From Saccostrea cucullata (Eukaryota), in contig NW_026935833.1 of assembly GCF_032062105.1 (NCBI RefSeq), positions 1 to 64,000 on the forward strand: a stretch of DNA of 64,000 nt. The letters are read 5' to 3'. The position numbers and the translations under genes are program-made. Below are positions 62,970-64,000 of the stretch, in pieces. The notes below the pieces were generated by a model, which made no database searches, was not told the origin of the DNA, and saw nothing but the letters and a program-made list of their open reading frames with translations. How positions within the stretch are numbered: the first letter of the stretch is position 1; every line of letters begins with the position of its first letter.

Positions 62970-64000
62970 AATCTTTTATCATTAAATGTTTGTGGTGTAA
63001 ATGAAATAATATACAGAATTTAATGATCTTATTTCTTCCTATGATATAATTGGTTTGACTGAAACTAAAACAGACGACACTGATAATTTGCAAATACCTG
63101 GATTTTCTACTTTTTTAAAAAACAGATGTAAATTATCTAGAGTAAAATCAGGTGGCATTGCTTTATTAATTAGAGACTCCATTGTCAAGTATATCAAAAT
63201 AATCAACACAGATTGTAAATATGTATTATGGTTCAAATGTAATAGATCGTTATTTCATCTCGAGGAGGACATTTATTTTGGTATTGTATATATCCCTCCT
63301 GAAAATAGCAAGTATTCATCCCCAGATTGTTTTACGGAAATAGAACAAGAGCTCATGTCTATATCCAAAGATTGTAAATATGTTTGTTTGCTGGGGGATT
63401 TTAATTCAAGAGTGGGCAAATTGAAGGACTTTATCATAACAGATGATTTTTTAACAAATGTTAAACAATGTAATTCTGGCGTTGATAATAACGATATTGA
63501 AACGTTTTTTGATAATGTAAACATTCCTCTTGACAGGACTGTAAAAGATTTTTCAAATAATAACTTCGGTTATAAGATGATAGATTTTTGTATAAATAAT
63601 AATGTGTATATTGTCAATGGTCGCGTGGGTGGCGATAGAGATGTAGGAGCACTCACTTGTAAAAATACTAGTACAGTCGATTATGTTCTAGCAAGTATGG
63701 AAATGTTCAAACTGTTAAGAAACTTTGACATCCTAGAATTTTGTGAAATGTTTTCAAACGTACATAGCCCTGTTTCATTTAGCATTGTTATTGAGCAAAT
63801 TATATCTACCGTTAGTAACACACCTGTAAATAACCAATCACGTGTAATGCTCTGGTCGAATGATAAAGCAGACGATTTCCGTGAGAACATCGACAAGTCT
63901 ATTTTAAAAAGTATCGAACAAGAACTATTAAATTTAAGAACCTCAAATTATGTTACTAATGAAAGTGTCAACAATGTAATTTCAAGTTTTCGAACTTGTA
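62970..64000 (+). mobile_element. Non-LTR retrotransposon (CR1/L2-type LINE) ORF2 apurinic-like endonuclease domain, running off the window
   Basis: LSLNVCG (62970 frame), then a frameshift at ~63010 into YDIIGLTETK..KSGGIA..VYIPP..LGDFNSR..NGR..STVDYVL..FSNVHSP, open to 64000. Confidence 0.88.

Overview
AT-rich animal genomic DNA with spliceosomal introns. The repeat families (Helentron-type HINE/CvA-like elements, ~164-bp Cg170-like satellite units, Penelope remnants, tRNA-derived SINE) suggest a bivalve mollusc, probably an oyster; this is inference. The left half is a tandem segmental duplication (1..12331 matches 20998..30934). It carries (i) four + strand members of an uncharacterised two-coding-exon family with a long Lys/Arg-rich disordered N-terminus and a C-terminal NHL-like beta-propeller (one complete, one missing exon 1, two disabled) and (ii) two - strand copies of a catalytically dead, single-pass carboxylesterase/neuroligin-like gene. 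One esterase-like copy is complete (11 exons, 633 aa). The other keeps exons 2-11 intact with mostly synonymous divergence but has no exon 1. The duplication junction at about 12331 removes the first exon of two opposite-strand genes at once. The right half holds ERGIC2 (- strand, 10 coding exons) and TMEM117 (+ strand) head-to-head. TMEM117 introns carry nested transposons and a transposon-borne array of 11 perfect AGGTCA-n3-TGACCT (ERE-consensus) palindromes. A LINE endonuclease ORF runs off the right end. All gene models were spliced by hand and checked for phase; no database searches were run.
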